Below are positions 35,101-42,311 of a stretch of 60,617 nucleotides of DNA, piece by piece; position 1 is the stretch's first letter, and each line of letters begins with the position of its first letter. A model generated the notes under the pieces. That model saw nothing but the letters and a program-made list of their open reading frames with translations, made no database searches and was not told the origin of the DNA. This DNA is from a virus. The position numbers were made by a program, and so were the translations under genes. The DNA is taken from the IMG/VR virus record IMGVR_UViG_3300045988_140605; one strand, written 5' to 3'.

Positions 35101-35215
35101 TCGTCGCAAGTTCATCGATTCTGTCGGGCCGACGCTGAGAATACAGTTCGAAAACAGTATCAACGACTTTATATTCAAGCCCGTTCGGAGCCGTATAACG
35201 TCTCACGTCGTCCAT
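32108..35215 (-). CDS. Large multidomain protein with RNAP beta-prime / YonO / RdRP-like double-psi beta-barrel motif and several HTH modules
   Basis: GETVALIRYPHGGTFEIPILTV...VAARLSGADFDGDTVMVIP (DFDGD at 33299-33313) parallels beta-prime ...LNRAPTLHR...YNADFDGDQMAVHVP and QDE-1 ...SGGDYDGD. A downstream MGKVSNLITD follows. HTH-like segments include GMSEAEIAKAVGL, GKSQAEVAREMGINESTLRSLL and GYTNSEIASALGISASTVSKY. Confidence 0.6.
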   Translation of the reverse strand: MDDVRRYTAPNGLEYKVVDTVFELYSQRRPDRIDELATMGVLEDMFHSDGSLNWDYINSEMSEDTYDELRHMQVFDELEDIEIELVPGEIWDVAYSEGLRHGQISASEVLHRAYRDIWEKTNPKTELYHYGMPRRSGRYPWGSGEDPYQHSGDFISRVQDLRKQGMSEAEIAKAVGLENTTQLRTHYSNAINQRRSDQIARARSMLADGKSQAEVAREMGINESTLRSLLNERSAARTNAAQNTADFLRQQIKEKGLIDVGTGVERELGISREKLNQALQILQDEGYAVYGGGVPQVTNPGKQTNLKVLCPPGTEHKDIYDFENVHTITDYKMRVDENGEERFEKGFEYPASMDSDRLMIRYRDDVAPDGHTGIEKDGTIEIRRGVDDLDLGDSHYAQVRILVDGDKYIKGMAFYSDDMPDGVDVIFNTNKTPGQDVLKKAKTDDPNNPFGALIKEEGGQYHYVDENGVAQLGLINKTRAEGDWGEWADALPSQFLSKQSMQLINKQLNLAAADKQAEFDEICSLTNPTVKKQLLETFANDCDSAAVHLQAAALPRQKYQVILPIATMKDDEVYAPNYHDGETVALIRYPHGGTFEIPILTVNNKQPDGRRILGPDAQDAIGINANVAARLSGADFDGDTVMVIPCNSSGSKVKITSTPPLKGLEGFDPKMSYGYSRVETDADGKEHYYRDGHEFKRMTKSATQMEMGKVSNLITDMTLKGASQDELARAVRHSMVVIDAEKHKLDWKASEIDNGIPALKKKYQAHPDEDGEIHYGASTLISRAKSPEAVLKRKGSPKIDPRTGELQYKEVREEYTDKHGKKKLRTQDSTQMAEVKDAQKLSSGTPQEEAYATYANRMKALANQARKEMVTAGRIKYSATAKETYRDEVDRMMHQLNIALKNAPRERQAQLAANSEVKAMKRANPDMTQKEVKKQGQLALSRARTRYGAQRHPIEITERGWQAIQAGAFSESTLSQILRFADIDQVRSYATPRATTTLSSGKQARIKAMRASGYTNSEIASALGISASTVSKYSN

Positions 35216-35217
35216 TG

Positions 35218-35775
35218 TCAGCCCTCCTCTTCTTTGATTCGCTGAATCACCTTGTCAAAGGTGATGATCTTATCGATGATGGGTAAGATCTCGTCTGCTT
35301 CGGGGTTGTGAAATATCACTTCGTCGTTCTGGTAAAGCCGAAGCTCCATCTGAATATCGCCGGGCTTCACCTTGTATTCCAGGCAGAACAGTGCGGCGTA
35401 TACCATCAGCTGCTCCATGTGCGCCAGCACCTTGCCAGTTTTCAGATCATGAATGCGTAGCATCCCGTTTCTGAAGGCGATAGCGTCCGCGGTGCCGTAG
35501 CAATTTTCAGAATAGTAGAGCACCTGCTCGCTCTGCATCTTGTAGCCAATGGCGTCGTTCACAAACATGTTCAGCGTCTTCTGACTTTTGGGCAGTTTCT
35601 GTCCAAGAGTGATGCAGCGGCTGGCGAATTCATGCAGTTCGGTTCCCTTCAGAGTCGCCATAAAACTCTTGTAGCTGTCGGCCAGCTTATCGGTATCATA
35701 ATTGATCCAATGATACTTGCTTGCGCTCAGGAACGCATGGCTTCCCTCAAGGTCTGAATGCCTGTTCCAGTTCAT
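35218..35775 (-). CDS. PD-(D/E)xK nuclease (Cas4/RecB-like exonuclease family)
   Basis: GTADAIAF...LRIHDLKTGK gives the D...D-x-K motif arrangement. Confidence 0.55.
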   Translation of the reverse strand: MNWNRHSDLEGSHAFLSASKYHWINYDTDKLADSYKSFMATLKGTELHEFASRCITLGQKLPKSQKTLNMFVNDAIGYKMQSEQVLYYSENCYGTADAIAFRNGMLRIHDLKTGKVLAHMEQLMVYAALFCLEYKVKPGDIQMELRLYQNDEVIFHNPEADEILPIIDKIITFDKVIQRIKEEEG

Positions 35776-36049
35776 GCAGAACTTCCTCCTTGTTCTCGGG
35801 AAATATAAATCTCGAAAAGGACATGTCGTTCATCCGTTTCACGTAATACTTCTGATTGGGCTGTCGATGCGCGTTCGCGTTTGCTTTGCACTCCAGCGTC
35901 GCCCAATGCTTTCCCCAGAGAACCAGAAGGTCCGGAATGCCCTGAATATGTCCAGAGTCCAGCTTCGTGACGATGCAGCCCTTGAACAGCGTCTTCAGTT
36001 CCCGAATCAACGCTCTCTGAAAGTCGCGTTCCAATTTGCTCGCTTTCAC
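35747..36049 (-). CDS. VRR-NUC domain nuclease
   Basis: The pattern is ERDFQRALIRELK...GIPDLLVLWGKHWATLECK. The start is GTG, after GAAGGGAG. Confidence 0.65.
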   Translation of the reverse strand: MKASKLERDFQRALIRELKTLFKGCIVTKLDSGHIQGIPDLLVLWGKHWATLECKANANAHRQPNQKYYVKRMNDMSFSRFIFPENKEEVLHELEQAFRP

Positions 36050-36134
36050 GAAACCGCTCCCTTCATAGCATAAAAGAAGAGAGTAAGCGCATATTGTCTT
36101 CTCTCTTCATAAAAGGGCATGTTTTTCACGCGGA

Positions 36135-36166
36135 CAAAAGAAAAGCCTGCGAATTCGCTTCGCAGG
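36135..36166 (-). terminator. Strong rho-independent terminator (a second hairpin follows at 36076-36108)
   Basis: The minus strand reads CCTGCGAA-GCGAA-TTCGCAGG, then CTTTTCTTTTG. It is followed by GAAGAGAG...CTCTCTTC and TTTTATG. Confidence 0.7.
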
Positions 36167-36180
36167 CGATGGGGAAGGAA

Positions 36181-36495
36181 TTACAGCATGGGATCCGTTG
36201 GGTCGATTAAATATAATGCGCAGTATTTCTTGCAGAAGGGGTAATTCTCGCAGCAATTTGTCAGGCAGTCCGCTCCTGGCGGATCCGCCCCGATATAGTC
36301 AAAATATACTACGCGGCTCATCCACTGTCCGCACTCTGGGCAATACCACAATCGCTCCTTCGGATTCCATTTCATTTCGGAAGAACAAATATCGCAAAGT
36401 ACGCTTTCTCCATTTTCGTCATAGGCAGAGTTAGCCCACTCGTCTTTCATGTCCAGTCTATAAATCTTTTCATACTCGTCTCGGTCTCGTGTCAT
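36181..36495 (-). CDS. Zinc-ribbon protein
   Basis: It has CDICSSEM...CPECG and a Cys-rich C-terminus. The RBS is AAGGGAGG. Confidence 0.5.
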   Translation of the reverse strand: MTRDRDEYEKIYRLDMKDEWANSAYDENGESVLCDICSSEMKWNPKERLWYCPECGQWMSRVVYFDYIGADPPGADCLTNCCENYPFCKKYCALYLIDPTDPML

Positions 36496-36651
36496 TCGGC
36501 CGCCTCCCTTCCAACCCTGACAAAGCTCATACTGCTTTTATTCTATCACATTTTTGCCGGGGAGGGGAGGGCTTGAAAATATAAGATTGGTCTTATCACA
36601 TCTTCCTCTCTTTTGATCGTTGCCGAGTCCAAAGTTCTCCGTTTTGAGGCT

Positions 36652-36958
36652 TATGGCCAAATGCCCACTTTTTCTCCTATACTCTCTATAATTATTTATT
36701 TTCTAACTTTTTATAGAAAGGTATGAAAAAAAGTGGGCAAGTGGGCAGAAATGCCGTTTTTCGCCTCAAAACCCTCGAAAAGTGAACTTATGTGGCCTTA
36801 TGTGGGGTTATTTCACTTATTTTTCTGCCCACTTTCATTCCGCCAAAGTGGGCAAAAGCCCACTTTTTCTGGCCACAGCCCACTTTTTTCTCAGAAGTTT
36901 TTCTTCAAAACCCAAACAAAAGTGGGCAAATGGCCATTTTTCAAAACAAAAGTGGGCA
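36652..36958. repeat. Iteron array (AAGTGGGCA / TGCCCACTT) with AT-rich segment; origin-like or operator array
   Basis: Forward copies lie at 36731, 36739, 36846, 36920 and 36950. Reverse copies lie at 36662 and 36826, with variants AGCCCACTT at 36857 and 36877. ATGGCCA(A/T)(A/T)TGCCCACTT forms inverted ends at 36652-36670 and 36920-36937. There is an AT-rich stretch at 36677-36720 and tandem CTTATGTGG at 36787 and 36797. Confidence 0.8.
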
Positions 36959-36965
36959 GAGATTT

Positions 36966-37328
36966 TCATACGTCCTCACTCGTCCTGTGCTGCGATTTCT
37001 CACTTTCAAAGCCGTCGGGATAGCGTGCTGCCAGCTTATCGAGATTCATCTGCATCACCTTTTCCAACGAATATCCAAGTGCGTCCGCAACCAGCGCCAG
37101 ATACCATATCACGTCGCCCAGCTCTTTCGCCAGATGTTCACGGTCCAGCGCATGGCCCTGAAACAGATGCTTCTTGAAAATATCAATTGCTTCGCCCGCC
37201 TCGCCGTTCAGGCCCATCAGCCCGTGCAAAATCCGCAGCGAGTTATCATCGGCCTTCATCCAGGGCAGGGGACTCTCCGTGCGCAGCGCAGCCTTTTGGT
37301 ACTTGTTGGGGGTCATCTTTTTTTTCAT
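36966..37328 (-). CDS. MazG-like nucleotide pyrophosphohydrolase
   Basis: YQKAALRT...LHGLMGLNGEAGEAIDIFKK...ELGDVIWYLA is the MazG EExxE/D helix pattern. Confidence 0.75.
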   Translation of the reverse strand: MKKKMTPNKYQKAALRTESPLPWMKADDNSLRILHGLMGLNGEAGEAIDIFKKHLFQGHALDREHLAKELGDVIWYLALVADALGYSLEKVMQMNLDKLAARYPDGFESEKSQHRTSEDV

Positions 37329-37779
37329 CCTTTCTTCTCATAAGACCGAAAAAATGTTCCACGTCTCCTACCGTAATCACCCGGTCAATCCCGGCGTTTT
37401 TAATCATCCGCCTGCAAATCAGACAGGGGTGCACCTGATCTTGCGAAAGCCGCTCGCCCTTTTCAAATCCTGCCAAATATAACGTGCTTCCCATCATGTC
37501 CCGCCTGGAAGCGGACAGAATTGCGTTCTGCTCAGCGTGTACGGCCACACATTTTTCATACTGCTCTCCATGAGGAATACCGTTCGCCTCTCGAAAGCAG
37601 AAGCCCGTATCGCAGCAGTTTTTCTCGCCGCGGGCAGCACCGTTATAGCCGGTGGCAATGATCTCGTCATTTTTCACAATGACTGCGCCATATTGCCTGC
37701 GGATGCAGGTGCTCCGCCTGGCCACCATCGCCGCAATGTCCAGATAGTAAGCGTCCTTACTCGGCCTCTTGTTTTTCAT
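37246..37779 (-). CDS. dCMP deaminase
   Basis: It has VHAEQNA and PCLICRRMI zinc-binding motifs. ATG is at 37779. The 3' end overlaps the mazG start. Confidence 0.85.
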   Translation of the reverse strand: MKNKRPSKDAYYLDIAAMVARRSTCIRRQYGAVIVKNDEIIATGYNGAARGEKNCCDTGFCFREANGIPHGEQYEKCVAVHAEQNAILSASRRDMMGSTLYLAGFEKGERLSQDQVHPCLICRRMIKNAGIDRVITVGDVEHFFGLMRRKDEKKDDPQQVPKGCAAHGESPALDEGR

Positions 37780-38263
37780 AAAGCACCACGCATCCTTTCT
37801 CCAAGCTCTCAGGCACATTGATCAGTCGCTGGTTCGCGCTGCCGCGCCAGTCCAGCTCCATGCTCGCCATGTCCTGTTCGAACCTACCGTCCACCAATAC
37901 GTCGATGCGCTTCAGGAGCTCCTTACGGTTGTCCTCCCACTCCCTGATCTGCTCAAAGGTGTAGCCCGTGTAGCACCATACGCTCAATCCCTTCGCCTTG
38001 GCAAACTGTGCCAGCTCCAGCGCCGCCATGGGTTGCAGAAACGGTTCGCCGCCGCTGAGCGTAATGCCGGAAAGCAGCGAGTCGCTGACCATCAGTTTTT
38101 TAATGAATTCCGTATCTATTTTCTCACCGCCATACATTGGCCAGGAGCCTGGATTCTGACAGCCCTTGCAGTGGTGCAAACACCCCTGAAAAAATATTGC
38201 CAGCCGCACGCCCGGCCCATCCACATAGCTGTTCGCTTCAAGGCCGTAAACACGAAAAATCAT
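37757..38263 (-). CDS. nrdG: Anaerobic ribonucleotide reductase activating protein (radical SAM)
   Basis: It has YVDGPGVRLAIFFQGCLHHCKGCQNP (CxxxCxxC) and a strong RBS. Confidence 0.85.
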   Translation of the reverse strand: MIFRVYGLEANSYVDGPGVRLAIFFQGCLHHCKGCQNPGSWPMYGGEKIDTEFIKKLMVSDSLLSGITLSGGEPFLQPMAALELAQFAKAKGLSVWCYTGYTFEQIREWEDNRKELLKRIDVLVDGRFEQDMASMELDWRGSANQRLINVPESLEKGCVVLYEKQEAE

Positions 38264-38327
38264 TATCTTTTTCTCCTTTCTTTTCCGAAAAAGAAGAGGG
38301 CAAGCATTCTCCGCAAGCCCTCAAATA

Positions 38328-38501
38328 TCATTTTTCTCTGTTCGCCAGTACGTCGCAGGCGTTCTTACACGTCAGCACCAGCCAGTAACCGACGATGACG
38401 GACCACGCCGATCTGCCCAAAAACAACAAAACGGCCACCCCGGCCGCAATTAGCATCAGAAAATATACGCATAGCTGCGACGCTTTTTGCCAGAAGCTCA
38501 T
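38328..38501 (-). CDS. Possible 57-aa two-TM membrane protein (below the ORF-track cut-off)
   Basis: The hand translation is MSFWQKASQLCVYFLMLIAAGVAVLLFLGRSAWSVIVGYWLVLTCKNACDVLANREK. The RBS is weak. Confidence 0.3.
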   Translation of the reverse strand: MSFWQKASQLCVYFLMLIAAGVAVLLFLGRSAWSVIVGYWLVLTCKNACDVLANREK

Positions 38502-38642
38502 GCGCTTGCCTGCTCTTTCACAGGCTTTTCGCCATAGATGATCTTCTCATAAGCCTCAATCGCTTCCATGTAGTTGTCGTAATTCCCCTCGAATGCCCCG
38601 TTGATATGCAGCGTGTAATAGCCGCGAGGGTCGCGCTTGATT

Positions 38643-38906
38643 TCAGACTCTATGCTTCACCCTGTCCCTTTCTTCCGCCTGCTTGGCGTTGTTCCATCTG
38701 TCCAGCGTGCCCACCAGATAACCGGTAATGCGGCGCACCCGTTCAAACGGCTTGCCCTCTACATGATAGGTCAGCTCAACGTGCTCCTTATCGATCACGT
38801 TAATGTCCATTCCTTTCAGCTCACTGCCGTACTTTTCCAGCCCACGCTTCTGATAAGCAGCGATTTCTTTTTCGCTCATCGGCCAGCCGATTACGTTAAT
38901 CAGCAT
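38643..38906 (-). CDS. Stand-alone glycyl-radical module (the NrdD C-terminal RxxGY segment in a separate ORF)
   Basis: ATG 38906 follows AGGAGA with an 8-nt spacer. The C-terminus RVRRITGYLVGTLDRWNNAKQAEERDRVKHR matches the NrdD glycyl-radical tail (E. coli RRVCGYLG...NAGKQEEVKRRVKH). Confidence 0.6.
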   Translation of the reverse strand: MLINVIGWPMSEKEIAAYQKRGLEKYGSELKGMDINVIDKEHVELTYHVEGKPFERVRRITGYLVGTLDRWNNAKQAEERDRVKHRV

Positions 38907-40785
38907 GAGAAATATCTCCTTTCTGCTCTGTGTCCTCATCCGGATTCCACGAATCCTCCGAATCGATGCGGTCAATAGTCTCGCTTTCAGTAAAGCGGTG
39001 CCGTCTACCGCATTTGGGGCAAATATCCCCGATAATGCCGTTGTAGCCGCACACAGGGTCTCGATCCACCGGATGGTTGATGCTGCCATAACCGATACCG
39101 CATTCCTTCATATGGCGAATGATTTTTTCAAACGCCTCCAGATTCTTGCTGGCGTCTCCGTCCATCTCCACATAGGAAATGTGCCCCGCATTGGTCAGGG
39201 CATGGTACGGCGCTTCGATTTCTATTTTTTTCGCAGCAGTGATGTGAAAATATACCGGAACATGGAATGAGTTCGTGTAATACTCCCGATCGGTCACGCC
39301 CTCAATCTCGCCGTAGAATTCCCGATCCAGTTTCACAAACCGGCCGGACAGACCCTCGGCGGGCGTCGCTAGGCACGTCACGTTCAGGGATAGGTACTCG
39401 CTCTGGCAATCGCAGTAGTTGCGAATGTAATGAACAATTTCCAACCCCAGCTTCTGCGCCTCTTCGCTTTCGCCATGATGCTTGCCAGTCAATGCTTTAA
39501 GGGCTTCCGCCAATCCAATAAAGCCGATGGAGAGTGTGCCGTGGCGCAGCACCTCAAGCACCGGATCGTCCGGTTGCAGCTTTTCCGAATCCAGCCACAC
39601 CCCTTCGCCCATCAGGAAGGGGAAATTGCGCGCACGCCGGGCGGCCTGCACTTCAAAACGCTCCAGCAGCTGCTTCATTACATAAGTCAGCATGTCGTTG
39701 AGGTGCATGAAAAATACCCGCGTGTCCCCATGGGATTCAATCGCCAGCCGCGGCAGATTGATGCTGGTGAAAGAAAGGTTTCCTCTGCCTGGCGCAATCT
39801 CCGGCCCGCATACATTGCCCATCACCCGCGTGCGGCAGCCCATGTAGGCCACCTCGGTTTCCGGGTGTCCGGGCTTATAGTATTGCAGATTGAAGGGCGC
39901 ATCCAGAAAGCTGAAATTGGGAAACAGCCGCTTGGCGGAAACCCGCATGGCCAGCCGGAACAGATCGTAATTGGGGTCGCCCGGATTATAGTTCACGCCT
40001 TCCTTTACCCGAAAAATCTGAATGGGGAAGATCGGCGTTTCTCCGTTGCCTAGCCCCGCCTCCGTGGCCAGCAAAAGCTGCTTCATGGCCAGCCGCCCTT
40101 CCCAGGAGGTGTCCATGCCATAGTTGATGCTGCTGAAGGGCACCTGCGCACCGGCCCGGCTGTGCATGGTGTTCAGGTTGTGAATCAGGCCTTCCATGGC
40201 CTGATAGGTGTCGCGAACGGTCTTTCGCATGGCGTATTCCTCTCGCCATCTCAGGTCAGTATCGTACTTCATCTCCGCGTTGTTGATGAGTTCCGACTGA
40301 ATATCGAAAGCCTCACGCAGGTACTTGTTGTACGTCAGCCGCACGCCATCCGCCATGGCATAATCGAAATCTACAATGCTCTGGCCTCCGTGCTGATCGT
40401 TCTGGTTGCTCTGGATAGCGATTGCCGCCAGAGCGGCATAGCTTCCAATGCTCTTCGGCTCCCGCAGATGCCCGTGCCCGGTGTTGAAGCCGCCCTTAAA
40501 GAGCTTTCTCAGCTCGATCTGCGTGCAGGTGGTAGTCCAGCCGTAGAAGTCCAGATCATGAATATGAATCCAGCCCTTGCGGTGCAGATTGGCGATTTCC
40601 GGATCCACCATGGTTTCCAGATAATATTCCTTGGCGGTGTTGGCGCCCTGCTGGAGCATCGCGCCCATTGGGGTATCGCCGTTGATGTTGCCGTTTTCCC
40701 GTTTGAGGTTGCAATTCCTCGCATCAGAGCGGTTGATCTCGTCGCAAATCTTCATCACCGTCTGACCAAAGTTGAGTTCATTCAT
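38896..40785 (-). CDS. nrdD: Anaerobic ribonucleoside-triphosphate reductase, large part ending at the Zn ribbon
   Basis: ATG 40785 follows GAGGGA. Typical NrdD blocks are present (GWIHIHDLDF, SNQNDQHGGQS, NFSFLDAPFN) and it ends ...CGYNGIIGDICPKCGRRH plus a 33-aa acidic tail. No RxxGY occurs in this frame. Confidence 0.9.
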   Translation of the reverse strand: MNELNFGQTVMKICDEINRSDARNCNLKRENGNINGDTPMGAMLQQGANTAKEYYLETMVDPEIANLHRKGWIHIHDLDFYGWTTTCTQIELRKLFKGGFNTGHGHLREPKSIGSYAALAAIAIQSNQNDQHGGQSIVDFDYAMADGVRLTYNKYLREAFDIQSELINNAEMKYDTDLRWREEYAMRKTVRDTYQAMEGLIHNLNTMHSRAGAQVPFSSINYGMDTSWEGRLAMKQLLLATEAGLGNGETPIFPIQIFRVKEGVNYNPGDPNYDLFRLAMRVSAKRLFPNFSFLDAPFNLQYYKPGHPETEVAYMGCRTRVMGNVCGPEIAPGRGNLSFTSINLPRLAIESHGDTRVFFMHLNDMLTYVMKQLLERFEVQAARRARNFPFLMGEGVWLDSEKLQPDDPVLEVLRHGTLSIGFIGLAEALKALTGKHHGESEEAQKLGLEIVHYIRNYCDCQSEYLSLNVTCLATPAEGLSGRFVKLDREFYGEIEGVTDREYYTNSFHVPVYFHITAAKKIEIEAPYHALTNAGHISYVEMDGDASKNLEAFEKIIRHMKECGIGYGSINHPVDRDPVCGYNGIIGDICPKCGRRHRFTESETIDRIDSEDSWNPDEDTEQKGDISHAD

Positions 40786-40810
40786 CTTTTCGTTCCCTCG
40801 ATCCTCCGTC

Positions 40811-40990
40811 TTACAGGAATTTTGCCGCCCAGAGCAAAGCCAGCGCCAGAATAGCCGTAGGAATCCAAGTGGGAGCAAGCACCCAGAGCCACGACCATTC
40901 AATTACGCCAACCAGCTTGAGAACAATAAATATAACAGTCAGTGTGCTGCATAAGCCCAATCCGCCGCCGGCGCAGTTATGCTTGTTCAT
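40811..40990 (-). CDS. 59-aa small membrane protein (LKLxGVIxWSWxWVLAP type)
   Basis: The hand translation is MNKHNCAGGGLGLCSTLTVIFIVLKLVGVIEWSWLWVLAPTWIPTAILALALLWAAKFL. The RBS is AAGGAGGAA. Confidence 0.5.
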   Translation of the reverse strand: MNKHNCAGGGLGLCSTLTVIFIVLKLVGVIEWSWLWVLAPTWIPTAILALALLWAAKFL

Positions 40991-41498
40991 GCTCCGTTTC
41001 CTCCTTGTCCAGCTTTTCCTTGATCTGCCCCAGAATGCCCTCCACCAGGTTCTTCGTCTTGGGGTGCAGGATCATGCCAGGGTTGTGCTTTTCGTACCAT
41101 GAGAAGATTTCCAGCAGGTTACCGCTTTTGAAGGAGAAACTCCACCAGTCCGCGATCATTTCATAGACGTACTCCGGCGGCATTTCCAGCGCCTCCATCG
41201 GCTCGTCATCGTGAATCAGCACCCAGTGCTGCCAGTGATGGGGGTTGCGGTGAATATGCTTGAGCCAAGCCTTATGAAAGTCTCGCACCACGCGGGTGGA
41301 ACGGTTACCGCCGTAAAAATAATCGTCGTAGGCACGGTATTCGTCTCTTTTTGTTTTGGACATATCGTGCATCCGCACCAGATTCTCGACTCCCGTTTCC
41401 AATATCGGACTGACCGGAAGGTTGTCCCGCATCCAGACCCACGCTTTGCCTACGTTAGTCACATGTTCCCTCAGGTAATCGTCATACAGCTGGCTCAC
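40977..41498 (-). CDS. Conserved phage protein, His-rich (DUF5662-like; name uncertain)
   Basis: It has HDMSKTKRDEY...FHKAWLKHIHRNPHHWQHW. The GTG start overlaps the upstream stop. Confidence 0.45.
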   Translation of the reverse strand: MSQLYDDYLREHVTNVGKAWVWMRDNLPVSPILETGVENLVRMHDMSKTKRDEYRAYDDYFYGGNRSTRVVRDFHKAWLKHIHRNPHHWQHWVLIHDDEPMEALEMPPEYVYEMIADWWSFSFKSGNLLEIFSWYEKHNPGMILHPKTKNLVEGILGQIKEKLDKEETEHEQA

Positions 41499-41857
41499 CC
41501 CTGAGCACCTTCTTCCACGGCAGCCTCTTCATGACACCATTCCTTAAAAATATCATAGTACGCGCCGCGGTTGCCGCCGAGCTTCTTGCAGATCGCCATG
41601 GCTAACCCTTTTTCTTTATCAAAGGGCTCGCCATTCTGGGCTTTCACCACGGTTTTCGAGCCATCCAGCCAGAATACAATGGTTGCGGGCGCGTTGAAAA
41701 TAACGCGCTTGATCGTCACGATAAGGGGCAGCTTTCCTTTACAGCGCTCCATCTTCAACAGTTCGTCGTTGATGTAGTCACAGCGAATGCCGTAAATGAA
41801 GTTAAGGCTTTTCTTGATCTCCTGCAAAATATCGCTCCTATTCATGGACTCATTCAT
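41495..41857 (-). CDS. Conserved hypothetical phage protein
   Basis: It has a strong RBS and the segment TVVKAQNGEPFDKEKGLAMAICKKLGG. Confidence 0.5.
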   Translation of the reverse strand: MNESMNRSDILQEIKKSLNFIYGIRCDYINDELLKMERCKGKLPLIVTIKRVIFNAPATIVFWLDGSKTVVKAQNGEPFDKEKGLAMAICKKLGGNRGAYYDIFKEWCHEEAAVEEGAQG

Positions 41858-42056
41858 CTTTTTTCTCCTCCGCTTTCCGTTTTACTGTCGTCAGCAGCTT
41901 GAAAATATCCTCCGCCTGCTGCCCTTGAAAGGCGTTCACAATCGTAATTGCCTTGCCGTCCTTCTTGCCCACAATGCACAGCCGGTTGTCCGGCCCGTGG
42001 GTCAGATCAAAGCTCACCATCAGCACCTCAGTCGGCGCTACCGGAATCTGCTGCAT
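41850..42056 (-). CDS. Hypothetical protein
   Basis: The 68-aa ORF has the RBS TAAGGAGGAA. Confidence 0.5.
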   Translation of the reverse strand: MQQIPVAPTEVLMVSFDLTHGPDNRLCIVGKKDGKAITIVNAFQGQQAEDIFKLLTTVKRKAEEKKDE

Positions 42057-42068
42057 ATCGCTTCCTCC

Positions 42069-42299
42069 TTATAGCTTATTCAGCTCCATAAACTTCTCCA
42101 GTGCCATGCGCTTGGGGTAGACGCTCGTGTTCACCCGAATCTCAGGAATGCACAGCTCACTGTCCAACATCGTTGGAATGCTGGTCCACACATCAATGTT
42201 TTTAATGCCTTCCGTGTTCGGAATTAGCTCTTCAGCCCGGTCGATCAATTCCTGACCCATCAGTTTCAGCATCTCAATAGCCATTTCCCGGTATGTCAT
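42069..42299 (-). CDS. Hypothetical protein
   Basis: ATG 42299 follows AAGGGGTG. The ORF track begins at GTG 42308. Confidence 0.45.
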   Translation of the reverse strand: MTYREMAIEMLKLMGQELIDRAEELIPNTEGIKNIDVWTSIPTMLDSELCIPEIRVNTSVYPKRMALEKFMELNKL

Positions 42300-42311
42300 T
42301 TCGCTCACCCC

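Noticed and set aside
36652-36958. Possible CRISPR array
   Set aside because: The repeats are 9-mers in both orientations with irregular spacing, not 25-40-nt direct repeats with unique spacers. No cas genes are present.
36733-37343. Three overlapping plus-strand ORFs (96-183 aa) across the iteron region and mazG
   Set aside because: They run through non-coding repeats and antisense to mazG. They have no RBS and repeat-driven sequences.
38502-38642. Coding-looking frame (...IKRDPRGYYTLHINGAFEGNYDNYMEAIEAYEKIIYGEKPVKEQASA) between the radical ORF and the small membrane ORF
   Set aside because: There is no canonical start codon upstream of the conserved-looking part; the only in-frame ATG would give 23 aa. 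It may be a remnant or use an unusual start, and cannot be supported as a gene.
38736-39006. Group I intron interrupting nrdD (as in T4)
   Set aside because: The interval carries a coding-looking ORF with a good RBS. I could not identify P-helix or guide-sequence features by eye. It is kept only as an alternative within the split-NrdD finding.
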